From positions 37,231 to 101,230 of IMG/VR virus record IMGVR_UViG_3300028634_000502: a stretch of 64,000 nt of DNA; one strand, written 5' to 3'. The DNA comes from a virus (lineage: Duplodnaviria; Caudoviricetes). Below, in pieces: positions 48,159 through 57,471 of the stretch. Made by a program: the position numbers and the translations under genes. Every line of letters starts with the position of its first letter. Position 1 is the first letter of the stretch. The notes beneath the pieces are model-generated. The model ran no database searches, was not told the DNA's origin, and was given only the letters and a program-made list of their open reading frames with translations.

Positions 48159-48907
48159 ACAGCCTCCATTTCAATTTGAGGCAGTATACCGCCTGACTTC
48201 ATCAATTCGTAGATGAAGAGTCTACCTTTCTGCGTCCAATAGGTATGAACCTTAGTGTGTTGTTCACCGCCCGTGCCAAGGTAGCTGTGCGTCTTGGTTC
48301 TGGTATAGCCTCTTTCCGCATACTTTTGGTATAAAAGCCAGATGTCGCCCTGTTTGAACTGGATGCCCTTCTCATGAAGATAGCGGTTCATCCAGATCGC
48401 AGACTTGCCATAATCCTTGGCAATCGCTGAAGTGGAAATAAGATCTTTGCAGTTAAGCACCACATCGTAATAAGATGCCTTCGGTTTCATTTCTGTGATT
48501 TGCTGATTCTGAACGGCAATTGCACCTTCAAGCAGTTTATTTTGATGCCTTGCTTGAGTCAGCTGCTGATTGGCATACTGAAGTGCCCTGGCCATGATTG
48601 CCTCCGGGGAATTCCATGCTTTTTCGATGTCAAGGAAGTACCTGCGGCATTGCTTTCCCTTTTCAGTGCGTTGGATCATACACAGTTCTTTTGCCATGTC
48701 GATGGTCAGCTCATGATCCACGCCTGGCCTGCCTCCGGTGCTTTCGCTCAAAAATGAGCTAAAGTCTGTCCCTTCCACAAATCCGTACTCACACATTCTT
48801 GGAAACCAGTCTTTATAGGCTGTCTTTACTTCCAAGGCTGCATGCAAATCACGGCCAAGCACTGTGGGGTGGTCATTTTCAAATTTGATTCTTACTAATT
48901 CGTCCAT
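48155..48907 (-). CDS. Phage antirepressor (AntA/AntB plus KilA-C/ANT)
   Basis: GRDLH, MAKEL.M, R.YF..IE, IAKDYG, WTQKG. Confidence 0.9.
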   Translation of the reverse strand: MDELVRIKFENDHPTVLGRDLHAALEVKTAYKDWFPRMCEYGFVEGTDFSSFLSESTGGRPGVDHELTIDMAKELCMIQRTEKGKQCRRYFLDIEKAWNSPEAIMARALQYANQQLTQARHQNKLLEGAIAVQNQQITEMKPKASYYDVVLNCKDLISTSAIAKDYGKSAIWMNRYLHEKGIQFKQGDIWLLYQKYAERGYTRTKTHSYLGTGGEQHTKVHTYWTQKGRLFIYELMKSGGILPQIEMEAV

Positions 48908-48944
48908 ACGAATTACCTCCTGCTCTATATTCAGAGAGAATGGT

Positions 48945-48984
48945 CCCTCTTCCTAATAGCCGCAGGAGATAATGTAAGTTGAGG
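48945..48984 (-). promoter_or_regulatory. Putative phage-sigma promoter motif (copy)
   Basis: CCTCAACTT-N14-GGCTA-N2-RGGWAGAGGG, also at 53276-53315. Confidence 0.55.
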
Positions 48985-49001
48985 ATTTTTGAAAAGTATA
49001 G

Positions 49002-50942
49002 TTAATCCTTTTTATAAAACCGGCACTCGTACCCATCCGCACTGAGCAGCAACCCTTTTGCCCAGGATGGCGTTCTTCCCATCTGTTCGCAGACGGAAGA
49101 TGGCGGCATCCCCATATCCGCCTCGATGATGATTTCATCGTGCACATGAGCCACAATGGAACAATCCTTTAATGTCTGCATGGCAAAGCACAAAATGTCC
49201 CGGCTTATTGCCTGGACTATGTTTTCTACAAACTTGGGGCCGTAGCTTTCGATTCTTTCCCATTTTTTCGTTCCGCCGATGCCTTCGTAGGTAACAGACT
49301 CGCCGCCGAACACATTCTCGCCCATGCGGGGTTTCACATAGGCAAGTCGTCTGCCGGAAGGAAGGGCAATAAAAAGCATCCCACTTTGATAGGTGAACTT
49401 GATACCGTGTGTCTCTGTGGGTGTTTTCTGCTTGACGCAGGTTTTTACGGCACGATCAACGTCCCACCAGAGTCTAGTGATATTGGGGTTGGTCTGTCTC
49501 CATGCTGTTACCAGAGGCTGAAGCTCATCTTCAGAAAGTCCCATCTCTAGTGCACCCATCGCTTTCAATGCTCCGACAGATCCGCCATAACCAAGGGCAA
49601 GTTCCGCGATTTTGCCTTTCTGACGCAGGTGGCCGTTCACACCGTGTTTCTCTACTGGTATATGGAACATCTGAGATGCACTGGCGCAGTAGATGTCTCC
49701 GCCGTTTTGGAACACTTCCGTTCTCCATTTTTCGCCCGCAAGCCAGGCAATAACGCGAGCCTCGATTGCTGAAAAGTCCGCAACGATGAACTTCCTGCCA
49801 TCAAGCGGTACGAAGGCAGTGCGGATCAGTTCCGACAGCACCTCCGGCACAGAATCATAGAGCAACGCAAGTGCATCAAAGTTACCAATTCGAACCAAGG
49901 CACGAGCTTGTTCTAAATCGGGCATATGGTTCTGCGGGAGGTTCTGCAATTGAATCAGCCTGCCGGAAAACCTACCGGTTCTGTTAGCTCCGTAAAACTG
50001 GAACATCCCCCTGGCACGGCTGTCATGACAAACCACGTTTTCCATCGCCGTATATTTTTTGACCGACGATTTGGCAAGCTGCTGGCGAAGTTCCAAGACG
50101 GCACCCAGCATATCTGGTGCTGTCTTTAACATCTCTACAACCGCTTTTTTGCCAAGGGTGTCAGTTTCCAGTCCGTTATCGGCAAGCCAGCCTCTCATCT
50201 GCTGTACGGAGTTCGGATTATCAAGGTCCGTCATGTCCTGCATGAGAGCCGTCAGCTTTACGCGGGAACGATCATCTATGGCAACAGCCTGTTTCACAAA
50301 TGTCCTATCAATTGCGATTCCCCGGTCATTGATTTCCTGGTCGAGATGATATTCCTCCCACACATTATCCGGTACCGGAAAGTTGCCCAGTTTCTTCTGT
50401 ATCGACATCTCGGTTTCCACATCCCGGATGTTGTATGATTTGAATCGGACCCACTTTTCCATATCATGTTCCGGCAGATTACGGATACGACCTCCGTTTG
50501 ATTTGGTGGAAGAACAAGGCATGCAGAAATATCTGACGAGGTCTTTGCCCTCTGCCAGCTTTTGTTTTTCCAATCCTAAAACGGCGCCAACCCCCTCAAG
50601 GGAAAGAGGAAGTCCCAAATATGCCGACCATATCATGGAGCATTTCCATGATGCGGGATCAAGATATTCTCCAGAGGGAAGTTTAAACCATTTTGATAAA
50701 CAAACACGCTCGAACATCGCATTGAATGCCCATTTGGTAACGGAATCGTCCATAAGGGCATCGATAATTTCGTTTGGTATTTTCTCACCGCAGGCAAGGT
50801 CGACCAACTGCACTTCGCCGCCATCAATCGAATATCCAAATAGCAGAATTTCAAAATCAACGCTTTCGGCATAACGGTAAACACCGGATTTCTGAAGATT
50901 GACACTCGAAAAAGTTTCTATATCAATAGAAATAGATTCCAT
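49002..50942 (-). CDS. Phage family A DNA polymerase
   Basis: DIET exonuclease, DFSAIEAR, K..L..GYG, HVHDE. Confidence 0.95.
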   Translation of the reverse strand: MESISIDIETFSSVNLQKSGVYRYAESVDFEILLFGYSIDGGEVQLVDLACGEKIPNEIIDALMDDSVTKWAFNAMFERVCLSKWFKLPSGEYLDPASWKCSMIWSAYLGLPLSLEGVGAVLGLEKQKLAEGKDLVRYFCMPCSSTKSNGGRIRNLPEHDMEKWVRFKSYNIRDVETEMSIQKKLGNFPVPDNVWEEYHLDQEINDRGIAIDRTFVKQAVAIDDRSRVKLTALMQDMTDLDNPNSVQQMRGWLADNGLETDTLGKKAVVEMLKTAPDMLGAVLELRQQLAKSSVKKYTAMENVVCHDSRARGMFQFYGANRTGRFSGRLIQLQNLPQNHMPDLEQARALVRIGNFDALALLYDSVPEVLSELIRTAFVPLDGRKFIVADFSAIEARVIAWLAGEKWRTEVFQNGGDIYCASASQMFHIPVEKHGVNGHLRQKGKIAELALGYGGSVGALKAMGALEMGLSEDELQPLVTAWRQTNPNITRLWWDVDRAVKTCVKQKTPTETHGIKFTYQSGMLFIALPSGRRLAYVKPRMGENVFGGESVTYEGIGGTKKWERIESYGPKFVENIVQAISRDILCFAMQTLKDCSIVAHVHDEIIIEADMGMPPSSVCEQMGRTPSWAKGLLLSADGYECRFYKKD

Positions 50943-51023
50943 ATATTAAATACCGTCCTTTCCAAAGCAAACAAGGTGGCGAAGAACAACCTCCGCCACC
51001 TCGCCTTTTTAGTTATTCAGCTG

Positions 51024-51572
51024 TTATCCCAAGAAATCTTCATCAACAACAGTGATGAAATCATCAGCCGCATTGGTTCTGCCGCCTAAAGACTCTCCAT
51101 CCTTGATTTTCTGTATGTTGCCAAGTCCACAGGCCACACCTTTGTTGCCGTTGGAGTTGAAAGCATAGAAATTCAAGGATACCCTTGCATAGCAACCGCT
51201 GTATACCTCGCCGCGGTCCAAGATAGGCCTGACCGCTTTGTCAACAATCTGAGGTGCGGTATTGCTGTTGGCATTTACAAAATAATGACCCTTGTAAGCC
51301 TCATCGTCACGTTCCACATCACCATCACGAAGCGGAATCTTTATTGTGGCTTTATTGGGTTTCTTGCCACCGAACTTGGCAATGCCCTCCTCGATTGCCG
51401 CATCGATTGCCTCATTTATTGCGTTGATGGTCTCCGTGTCAGTCTTTGGAATCAGCACGGACACACTGTATTTTTCAGTTCCGCCGTTTATGGACACTGG
51501 TTCCCATCCGTGGAAGTAACTCAATCGGCTGTTGACGCTTGTAATCACCTTGGTTTTGTTCTGATCGTTCAT
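51024..51572 (-). CDS. DUF2815 ssDNA-binding protein
   Basis: RLSY, KYSVS..IPK, VYSGCY, acidic tail. Confidence 0.88.
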   Translation of the reverse strand: MNDQNKTKVITSVNSRLSYFHGWEPVSINGGTEKYSVSVLIPKTDTETINAINEAIDAAIEEGIAKFGGKKPNKATIKIPLRDGDVERDDEAYKGHYFVNANSNTAPQIVDKAVRPILDRGEVYSGCYARVSLNFYAFNSNGNKGVACGLGNIQKIKDGESLGGRTNAADDFITVVDEDFLG

Positions 51573-51576
51573 ATTC

Positions 51577-52713
51577 TTAATCCTCCATTATTTCGTTAAA
51601 TTCGTTTTTTACGTTTGATACGTTCATTGCCGGGCGCTTATCCGAAGTTGGTGCCAGAGTCGGCTTGCCCGGTGGTTTATATATGAGATCCCCGAGGATT
51701 TCTTCGAATTTTGTCTTGCCCATCAGCTTCTGCATTTCAGTAAGAGTAATGAGACTCTGACGGAAGATATCCTTGTAGCCGTTAATCCTTGCTGCTTCTG
51801 CAACAGCAAACTCATCCTTGTATTTGCGGATAGAACGGCCTTCTACTACCTTAAACCCGCTCCACTCCTTGCCATGGTTGATGGCTGCGTCCGTAGCATA
51901 AGCCACGATTTCATTTGCCCACCTGGTAAGGTCCTGCAGCTTGCTGAGAACCTCTTCAATTTCTGGGTCCGTAAGCAAAGGCGGCATCTTAAATTCCCAC
52001 TGGGCGAGTTTCAACTTTTCTTCCGCTCTTGCCCGGCATTTTACCGCCGCGCGGCAGAAGGTACACCACTCTCCGGCGAGATACTCACCCTCGCCGTCAT
52101 ATGCTTTCTGCGCTTTTGGTTTCAGTTCATATTCCGCCCAGCTCCTTAATTCATCCACTGGAATCGTCCAGGTGCTGACATTCTCCCTGCGCGGCTGGAA
52201 TATAGTCAGGGAAATCTCATTAATGTCATACAGGCTGTCGTAGATTTCCAGAGCCCCAAGCGCATACAATTTCATCTGCGGATTTTCTACCACATCCACC
52301 AATATCCCCATGCCGTACTTGAAGTCGATAATATGCAGACTTTTGTCCGCAATGATGATGCAGTCGCCGGTTCCAAACCCCTGGGGCACATAACAGGAAA
52401 AATCAAGTTGTTGTTCGATTAGTATCAGAGGATCCCTGCAGCTTTGCTTTGCCGTTTCAAGCTGTTCCATTACAAACTCCACATAGGCATCGCTGTGTTC
52501 TTCCATCTCATCGCTGTTATAATCCGAAACAGGACGCTTGCTCCTCATGTGAAGCACCTTGCGAAGTTTATGCTCGCATAAAGCATGTGCGGCGGTACCT
52601 TCGGCGGCTGCATTGGATTCGCTATTTGCAAACTCCAGTTCTAATCTCGCAGATGGATGGCAATTGAGCCATCTATGCGACCCGGATGCGGAAAGTACTG
52701 CGTGGTTACCCAT
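51577..52713 (-). CDS. DUF2800 PD-(D/E)XK (Cas4-like) nuclease
   Basis: LSASGSHRW, GTAAH, FGTGD, DFKYG, C.FC...C. Confidence 0.88.
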   Translation of the reverse strand: MGNHAVLSASGSHRWLNCHPSARLELEFANSESNAAAEGTAAHALCEHKLRKVLHMRSKRPVSDYNSDEMEEHSDAYVEFVMEQLETAKQSCRDPLILIEQQLDFSCYVPQGFGTGDCIIIADKSLHIIDFKYGMGILVDVVENPQMKLYALGALEIYDSLYDINEISLTIFQPRRENVSTWTIPVDELRSWAEYELKPKAQKAYDGEGEYLAGEWCTFCRAAVKCRARAEEKLKLAQWEFKMPPLLTDPEIEEVLSKLQDLTRWANEIVAYATDAAINHGKEWSGFKVVEGRSIRKYKDEFAVAEAARINGYKDIFRQSLITLTEMQKLMGKTKFEEILGDLIYKPPGKPTLAPTSDKRPAMNVSNVKNEFNEIMED

Positions 52714-53047
52714 TGCCAAGTACCTCCGCATCTTTCAAGATATTTGCGTAATGCTCCGGCGCAATTTCGCTCAGTTTTGAGCCGCCATATTTTTGAATGA
52801 TTTCTCTCACTTCAGCAGTAAGACCGGCTTGGCTCTTCACGGCAAGTGCGGCTCTGACTTCCTCCAGCGTGGTTTCCTTCTTCTTTGATTTTTCCGTTTT
52901 TACCGGCTCAGGCTTCTTTGCAGGTACGGTCTGCTCTGTTGTTTCAGCAGGTTCATTTTCCTCCAATGCATTTGCAACCATTTGAAGGCTGTCTGCCAAA
53001 GAGCGCATATCCGAAACCACATCAAGGAGCAACTTGGTTTTGCTCAT
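52706..53047 (-). CDS. Hypothetical phage protein
   Basis: Start MSKTKLL; LEEVRA...KLSEI motif. Confidence 0.75.
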   Translation of the reverse strand: MSKTKLLLDVVSDMRSLADSLQMVANALEENEPAETTEQTVPAKKPEPVKTEKSKKKETTLEEVRAALAVKSQAGLTAEVREIIQKYGGSKLSEIAPEHYANILKDAEVLGNG

Positions 53048-53249
53048 GGCTTGTCCCTCCTTCCTTGGTCTCGCAGATAGCAAGTTCCTGAACCGTGTCT
53101 CCTGGAACAAGGATAGTCAATTTCTGCATGTCACCCAGGAAGAAACGAAGGAAACGCTCCCTTATGTTGACATTGCGGCAAGTCACTATCCCGCCGGTCT
53201 GCGGATGCTTAGAAACACTGATTTTCAGATTGTGTTTCATATTGTTCAC
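53022..53249 (-). CDS. Hypothetical phage protein
   Basis: Coupled ORF in the early operon. Confidence 0.7.
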   Translation of the reverse strand: MNNMKHNLKISVSKHPQTGGIVTCRNVNIRERFLRFFLGDMQKLTILVPGDTVQELAICETKEGGTSHEQNQVAP

Positions 53250-53275
53250 CTCTTTCCGAGAGCGTTTATTTGCTG

Positions 53276-53315
53276 CCCTCTACCCATTAGCCTTGAGAAG
53301 AGGTGAAAGTTGAGG
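53276..53315 (-). promoter_or_regulatory. Putative phage-sigma promoter motif at the 3' end of the sigma-like gene
   Basis: Same motif and spacing as 48945-48984. Confidence 0.55.
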
Positions 53316-53859
53316 ATTCCGGAAAAACCTTTTTGAAATTTTTTATTGCGGTTTCCATACGGTGCGATATGGCGCTGACAGAAACACCCTCGCGCTCTGC
53401 ATACTCAGTCACTGACATGCCGTCCAATACGATGGCTATCAGCATTTTCGCCTGTTTTGCTTTTAGAGTCTTACGAATGCTATTACAGATGCATTCATAT
53501 TCCAGATGTTTTTCACAGTTCTCTTCATCTGAGTTATCAGGGAATAATTCAATTGCATTTTCCTTTTCACTTTTATCATCATCAGCATCATTGATTACTT
53601 TTGCATAACCCCTTTTCCCATTAAGTTTCTTGGGTGGAGTAATAGCAGCTGAATGCCTGTCAAACTTATGCCAGTTGTTGTACTCCGGCTTGTTGAAACG
53701 CTCGTCCATAATTTCCTGCACAGTACGCCGGGTTAAGGTTTCATTGTCATCAGCGGCGGATAGCCTGTCCTCATAATCCGCATCGATCATTACTGAGCAT
53801 TCCTCGTCCGGTACCTCCAGGTAGGTTGGCTTGTTGTCATACAGAATTCGAATCTTCAT
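53287..53859 (-). CDS. Phage sigma-70 region 4-like regulator
   Basis: Start MKIRILYD; C-terminal HTH VTEYAEREGVSVSAISHR; paralogue of 663-1211. Confidence 0.8.
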   Translation of the reverse strand: MKIRILYDNKPTYLEVPDEECSVMIDADYEDRLSAADDNETLTRRTVQEIMDERFNKPEYNNWHKFDRHSAAITPPKKLNGKRGYAKVINDADDDKSEKENAIELFPDNSDEENCEKHLEYECICNSIRKTLKAKQAKMLIAIVLDGMSVTEYAEREGVSVSAISHRMETAIKNFKKVFPESSTFTSSQG

Positions 53860-54062
53860 TAAGTATTCCTTTCCGTCCTGGCATTGGGCGGCGGAATACA
53901 AAAAGAGCCTGAGGTGAAGATGTCCACAGACTCCGCTTGTCCTCAAAATTGGCGCGCGAAATCACGGTGGGTGCATCTTCATTCCAAACACAGTCTTGGT
54001 TACTGTGCTCTGAACTCTCTATGCATCCCGCCGTCCTAATGCGCATCTCGGACATTGAGATT
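53849..54062 (-). ncRNA. Conserved structured 5' leader (copy 2)
   Basis: Near-identical to 1201-1412, with differences concentrated in loops and linkers. Confidence 0.65.
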
Positions 54063-54262
54063 ATTTTCGAATGGTTCCGTTTGCGGTTGAAATATCTGTT
54101 TTCACGAACAATAAATTGTTTTATGCAGATATTTGTGATATACTGGGAAATAAATTACTTTCCAGTCAATTCTTTGGAACACTTTTCAATTTTTATTATA
54201 AAGGTTCCGCTTGGTATCCCTCGGTACGCTCGGATATGTTTGGATATGAAGGAGGCTTAAAT

Positions 54263-55390
54263 TTGAAGTTCACTCAATTTGCAAAGTTAATGTTTGCGGT
54301 TGCGGGTGCCGGAAACAGTACTAGTGCTTATACGCGCACACTCTTCCTTTCAATCGTTATGTACGAGGATGAGGAACTGAATCCGATTTATGATCACAAA
54401 GATTCGACCTTTAAGGCTTACTATAATGGGACAAATGACATCACAAAGTTAGCGCGAAGAATCAGCACATACATCGAACCGGAAGAATTTATTTCTTATA
54501 TTGAAAGCCTACCTGATGCCGCAGTCGAAGCTTTGTGTACATCCTTTGCTCCTTACATTCCAAGTATTAATTTGTACTCCGCCGCAGCTGATTTGGCTGA
54601 TTTATTTAAATCAATTATCATTGAGGCCTCGTCAACAGATAAAAAAATCGCCCCAGCAAATGCTGTAGGCGAAATTGCAATTCAAAGTGATAAGCTGGAT
54701 AGGATCTTCGGTACTAGGCTACTCGTAGAGACAAAGGGGCTATGTCCTAATGACAACTGTTGCAAGCATCTTTATTTGGATACTAACGGTCAGACAACAA
54801 TGAACTATACCATTATACAAATTGATCCTACCGCTAAAGAAAACCAGATAAATAATGCAATAGCACTATGCCCAGAATGTGGCAAGAAATATATCTTGAC
54901 GCGCAATGCCGACAGCATTGCCCGTATGAAAGAGATCAAAGAACAACTGCTAAGAGAATCAGACGCAATTGATACCTTGTCAAATACTAATGTAGAAGAA
55001 GGTGTTGAGCGTGTTCTTCGCAAGATAGCGGATCCTTTGGTTCAGCTTATACCTCTCAACTATGATCCTGTCGAGCTGAAACAAAAGATACTCCCTGAAA
55101 ACCGACCGCTATATATAAAAACAAAGGGCTATGTAATTGAATATTATTCTGCTGTTCATGGCACCTTTCAACAATTAAGTAAGGAAGGTAAGTTGCGGTT
55201 CACTCCGTTTTGTATGCAGATAAAACTTAATTATTTAAATTTGCGAGATCGTGGGTTATCTCAGCTTGAAATCTTCGATGCAATGGCATCTTGGCTTGCA
55301 TCTAACACCAATGACAGAAAAGACTTGTGTGAAATAGTGATTTCCTATTTTGTGCAGAAATGCGAGGTGTTCGATGCAATTACCGAATAA
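54263..55390 (+). CDS. LmuA/ABC-3C effector-like protein: N-terminal helical domain, degenerate HNH, CTD
   Basis: TTG start after AAGGAGG; CPNDNC...N...CPEC; C-terminal ISYFVQKCEVF typical of ABC-3C CTDs. Confidence 0.75.
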   Translation: MKFTQFAKLMFAVAGAGNSTSAYTRTLFLSIVMYEDEELNPIYDHKDSTFKAYYNGTNDITKLARRISTYIEPEEFISYIESLPDAAVEALCTSFAPYIPSINLYSAAADLADLFKSIIIEASSTDKKIAPANAVGEIAIQSDKLDRIFGTRLLVETKGLCPNDNCCKHLYLDTNGQTTMNYTIIQIDPTAKENQINNAIALCPECGKKYILTRNADSIARMKEIKEQLLRESDAIDTLSNTNVEEGVERVLRKIADPLVQLIPLNYDPVELKQKILPENRPLYIKTKGYVIEYYSAVHGTFQQLSKEGKLRFTPFCMQIKLNYLNLRDRGLSQLEIFDAMASWLASNTNDRKDLCEIVISYFVQKCEVFDAITE

Positions 55391-55601
55391 ATTATTTACA
55401 TACGGCGAAAGTATTCTATCAAAATTTTCACCCGTCTTGAAGGCATTAGAAAACGAATGCTTACCCGCAGGTGTTCTCTACACCAAGCTAATACAACATT
55501 TTGAAGATATTAATGAGTTTATAGAAGTACTTGATGCCTTATATGCTCTCAATAAAATCGACTATGATGATGAAAAGGAGGTCTTGTTATATGTTGTATG
55601 A
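55374..55601 (+). CDS. ABC-3C middle component / LmuC-like
   Basis: MQLPNKLFTYGES...LDALYALNKI; overlaps both neighbours. Confidence 0.75.
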   Translation: MQLPNKLFTYGESILSKFSPVLKALENECLPAGVLYTKLIQHFEDINEFIEVLDALYALNKIDYDDEKEVLLYVV

Positions 55602-57228
55602 AATCAGATGTGACAGATTTATGTCACAAGGAAAACTAAGACCACCGATTCGTTTTCACGAAGGCCTGAACACAATACTTGGTGGCAAAGCCGCCGATAA
55701 TTCTGTTGGAAAATCAACATTCATGCTAATTATAGATTACGCTTTCGGAGGTGAAACATATAAGGACTCTGACGCAGCGCATCATCTTGGAAATCATGTT
55801 ATACAATTTGCTTTCAATTTTGTAGACGGTATGCACTACTACTCCAGGGATATCGTAAATAGTAATGAAGTCAATATCTGTGATGAAAAATATAACATTA
55901 TCAAGACCATTCGGTTAGATGCTTTTCGCGGCTTACTTTTTAAGTCCTACGGATTATCATTACCATGTATTTCATTCCGCGATATTGTTGGTCGCTATGC
56001 ACGTATTCATGGCAAGGGAAATGTTTCTAGCACTCGCCCGCTTGAGTCATTTCCGGGTGAAAGCGCAGAGAAAGGCATTATTGCACTTGAGAAGCTATTT
56101 AATGTCTATTGGAAAATTGAGCAGTATCGCGAGGCATACAACAAAAAGGCTGAACTACAGAAGTTTTACCGGCAAGGCAAAAAGGTCGAGTTTATTCCTT
56201 TTTCTACTCGTACCCAGAAACAATTTAAAAGCAACGAGAAAGAAATAGAGCAATTAAAAGAAGAACTCAATCAGCTTGTTGGAAGGACAGACCAAGACTT
56301 ATCACAAAGCGACCTCACTCACGCAGATGAGGCATCTGGAATCAAAGGCAAGCTTACTTCACTCCGCAGACAAAGAAGCCGTTATAAATCACAGTTGGAA
56401 TCAGTAAAAGTAAGCATAAACGGAGGATTTACTCAAACGGCTATTGATCTCGCCGAACTTGCAGAATTTTTTCCTGACATAGATATGCATAAGCTTAGTG
56501 AAATTGAGCAATTTCACGGTAAGCTACAAAATATATTAAGTGACGAGTTGGTTGATGAAGCAGAACGTCTTGGGATCTTAATAGAGTTAATAACTGAAGA
56601 AATAATAGTCCTTGAAGAACAACAACGTCAGCTTGGTATTCCCACAACGGTGCCCAAATCCTTTCTAGATAGCTACGCTGCTTTACGAAGAAGAATAGAT
56701 GACTTGACAAGCCAGAATTCTGCATATATAGATTCAAACACTTTAGTTGCTGATGTTAAAGTTGCTCGCCAAGACTTGATCACTGCACAAGAGGTTGAAC
56801 TTCGCAATATCGAAGCGGCAGTCAATGCTCAAATGGTTCGCTATAATGATGCTGTGTACCACGGCACTCGAAAAGCACCAGTTATTAACCTCGTGGATGG
56901 AACTAAATACGAATTTGTAACACCAGATGACAGCGGAACCGGAACATCTTATAAGAGCCTTATTGTGTTCGATTTAAGCATTCTGAAGCTCACAGAATTG
57001 CCTGCACTTGTCCACGACTCTTTAATTTTCAAAAATATAGCAGATGCACCCATCTCCGAAATAATTAAGCTATATGCTGACAGCAAAAAACAAGTTTTCA
57101 TTTCTTTCGACAAGGAAGAAGCTTATGGCGAAGAAACAAGCAATCTTCTGAACGACACCGCTGTTCTTCATTTAAACGAAGGTGGTAACGAACTGTTTGG
57201 CTATTGTTGGGGAAAAATAGACATATAG
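55591..57228 (+). CDS. DUF2326 SMC-like ABC ATPase / LmuB-like
   Basis: GLNTILG...NSVGKST, coiled coil, SGTG, LVHDS, KQVFISFD. Confidence 0.85.
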   Translation: MLYEIRCDRFMSQGKLRPPIRFHEGLNTILGGKAADNSVGKSTFMLIIDYAFGGETYKDSDAAHHLGNHVIQFAFNFVDGMHYYSRDIVNSNEVNICDEKYNIIKTIRLDAFRGLLFKSYGLSLPCISFRDIVGRYARIHGKGNVSSTRPLESFPGESAEKGIIALEKLFNVYWKIEQYREAYNKKAELQKFYRQGKKVEFIPFSTRTQKQFKSNEKEIEQLKEELNQLVGRTDQDLSQSDLTHADEASGIKGKLTSLRRQRSRYKSQLESVKVSINGGFTQTAIDLAELAEFFPDIDMHKLSEIEQFHGKLQNILSDELVDEAERLGILIELITEEIIVLEEQQRQLGIPTTVPKSFLDSYAALRRRIDDLTSQNSAYIDSNTLVADVKVARQDLITAQEVELRNIEAAVNAQMVRYNDAVYHGTRKAPVINLVDGTKYEFVTPDDSGTGTSYKSLIVFDLSILKLTELPALVHDSLIFKNIADAPISEIIKLYADSKKQVFISFDKEEAYGEETSNLLNDTAVLHLNEGGNELFGYCWGKIDI

Positions 57229-57245
57229 GTTATTAGGAGGCTCTA

Positions 57246-57467
57246 ATGAGATTTAGTTATAACAAGCTATGGAAATTACTGATTGACAGAAATATGAATA
57301 AGCAGGACTTGAAACGAATTAGCGGAATTAGTTCAGCTTCTGTCGCAAAGCTTGGCAAGGGTGCTAATATTACTACAGATATACTATTAAATATCTGCGA
57401 GGCCTTGGATTGCGACATCTCTGATATCATGGAAGTTGAAAAGAACAAACCGCAAAATAAGGAGTGA
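57246..57467 (+). CDS. Xre/Cro-C1 HTH regulator (HTH_26-like)
   Basis: Paralogue of 5529-5732. Confidence 0.9.
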   Translation: MRFSYNKLWKLLIDRNMNKQDLKRISGISSASVAKLGKGANITTDILLNICEALDCDISDIMEVEKNKPQNKE

Positions 57468-57471
57468 AAAG

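Noticed and set aside
27599-53608. Many plus-strand and alternative-frame ORFs of 60-255 aa across the phage core
   Set aside because: Shadows of well-supported minus-strand genes in GC-richer DNA, with no motifs or RBS.
54071-54262. 64-codon extension of the LmuA-like ORF
   Set aside because: AT-rich divergent promoter region; a strong RBS precedes the TTG at 54263.
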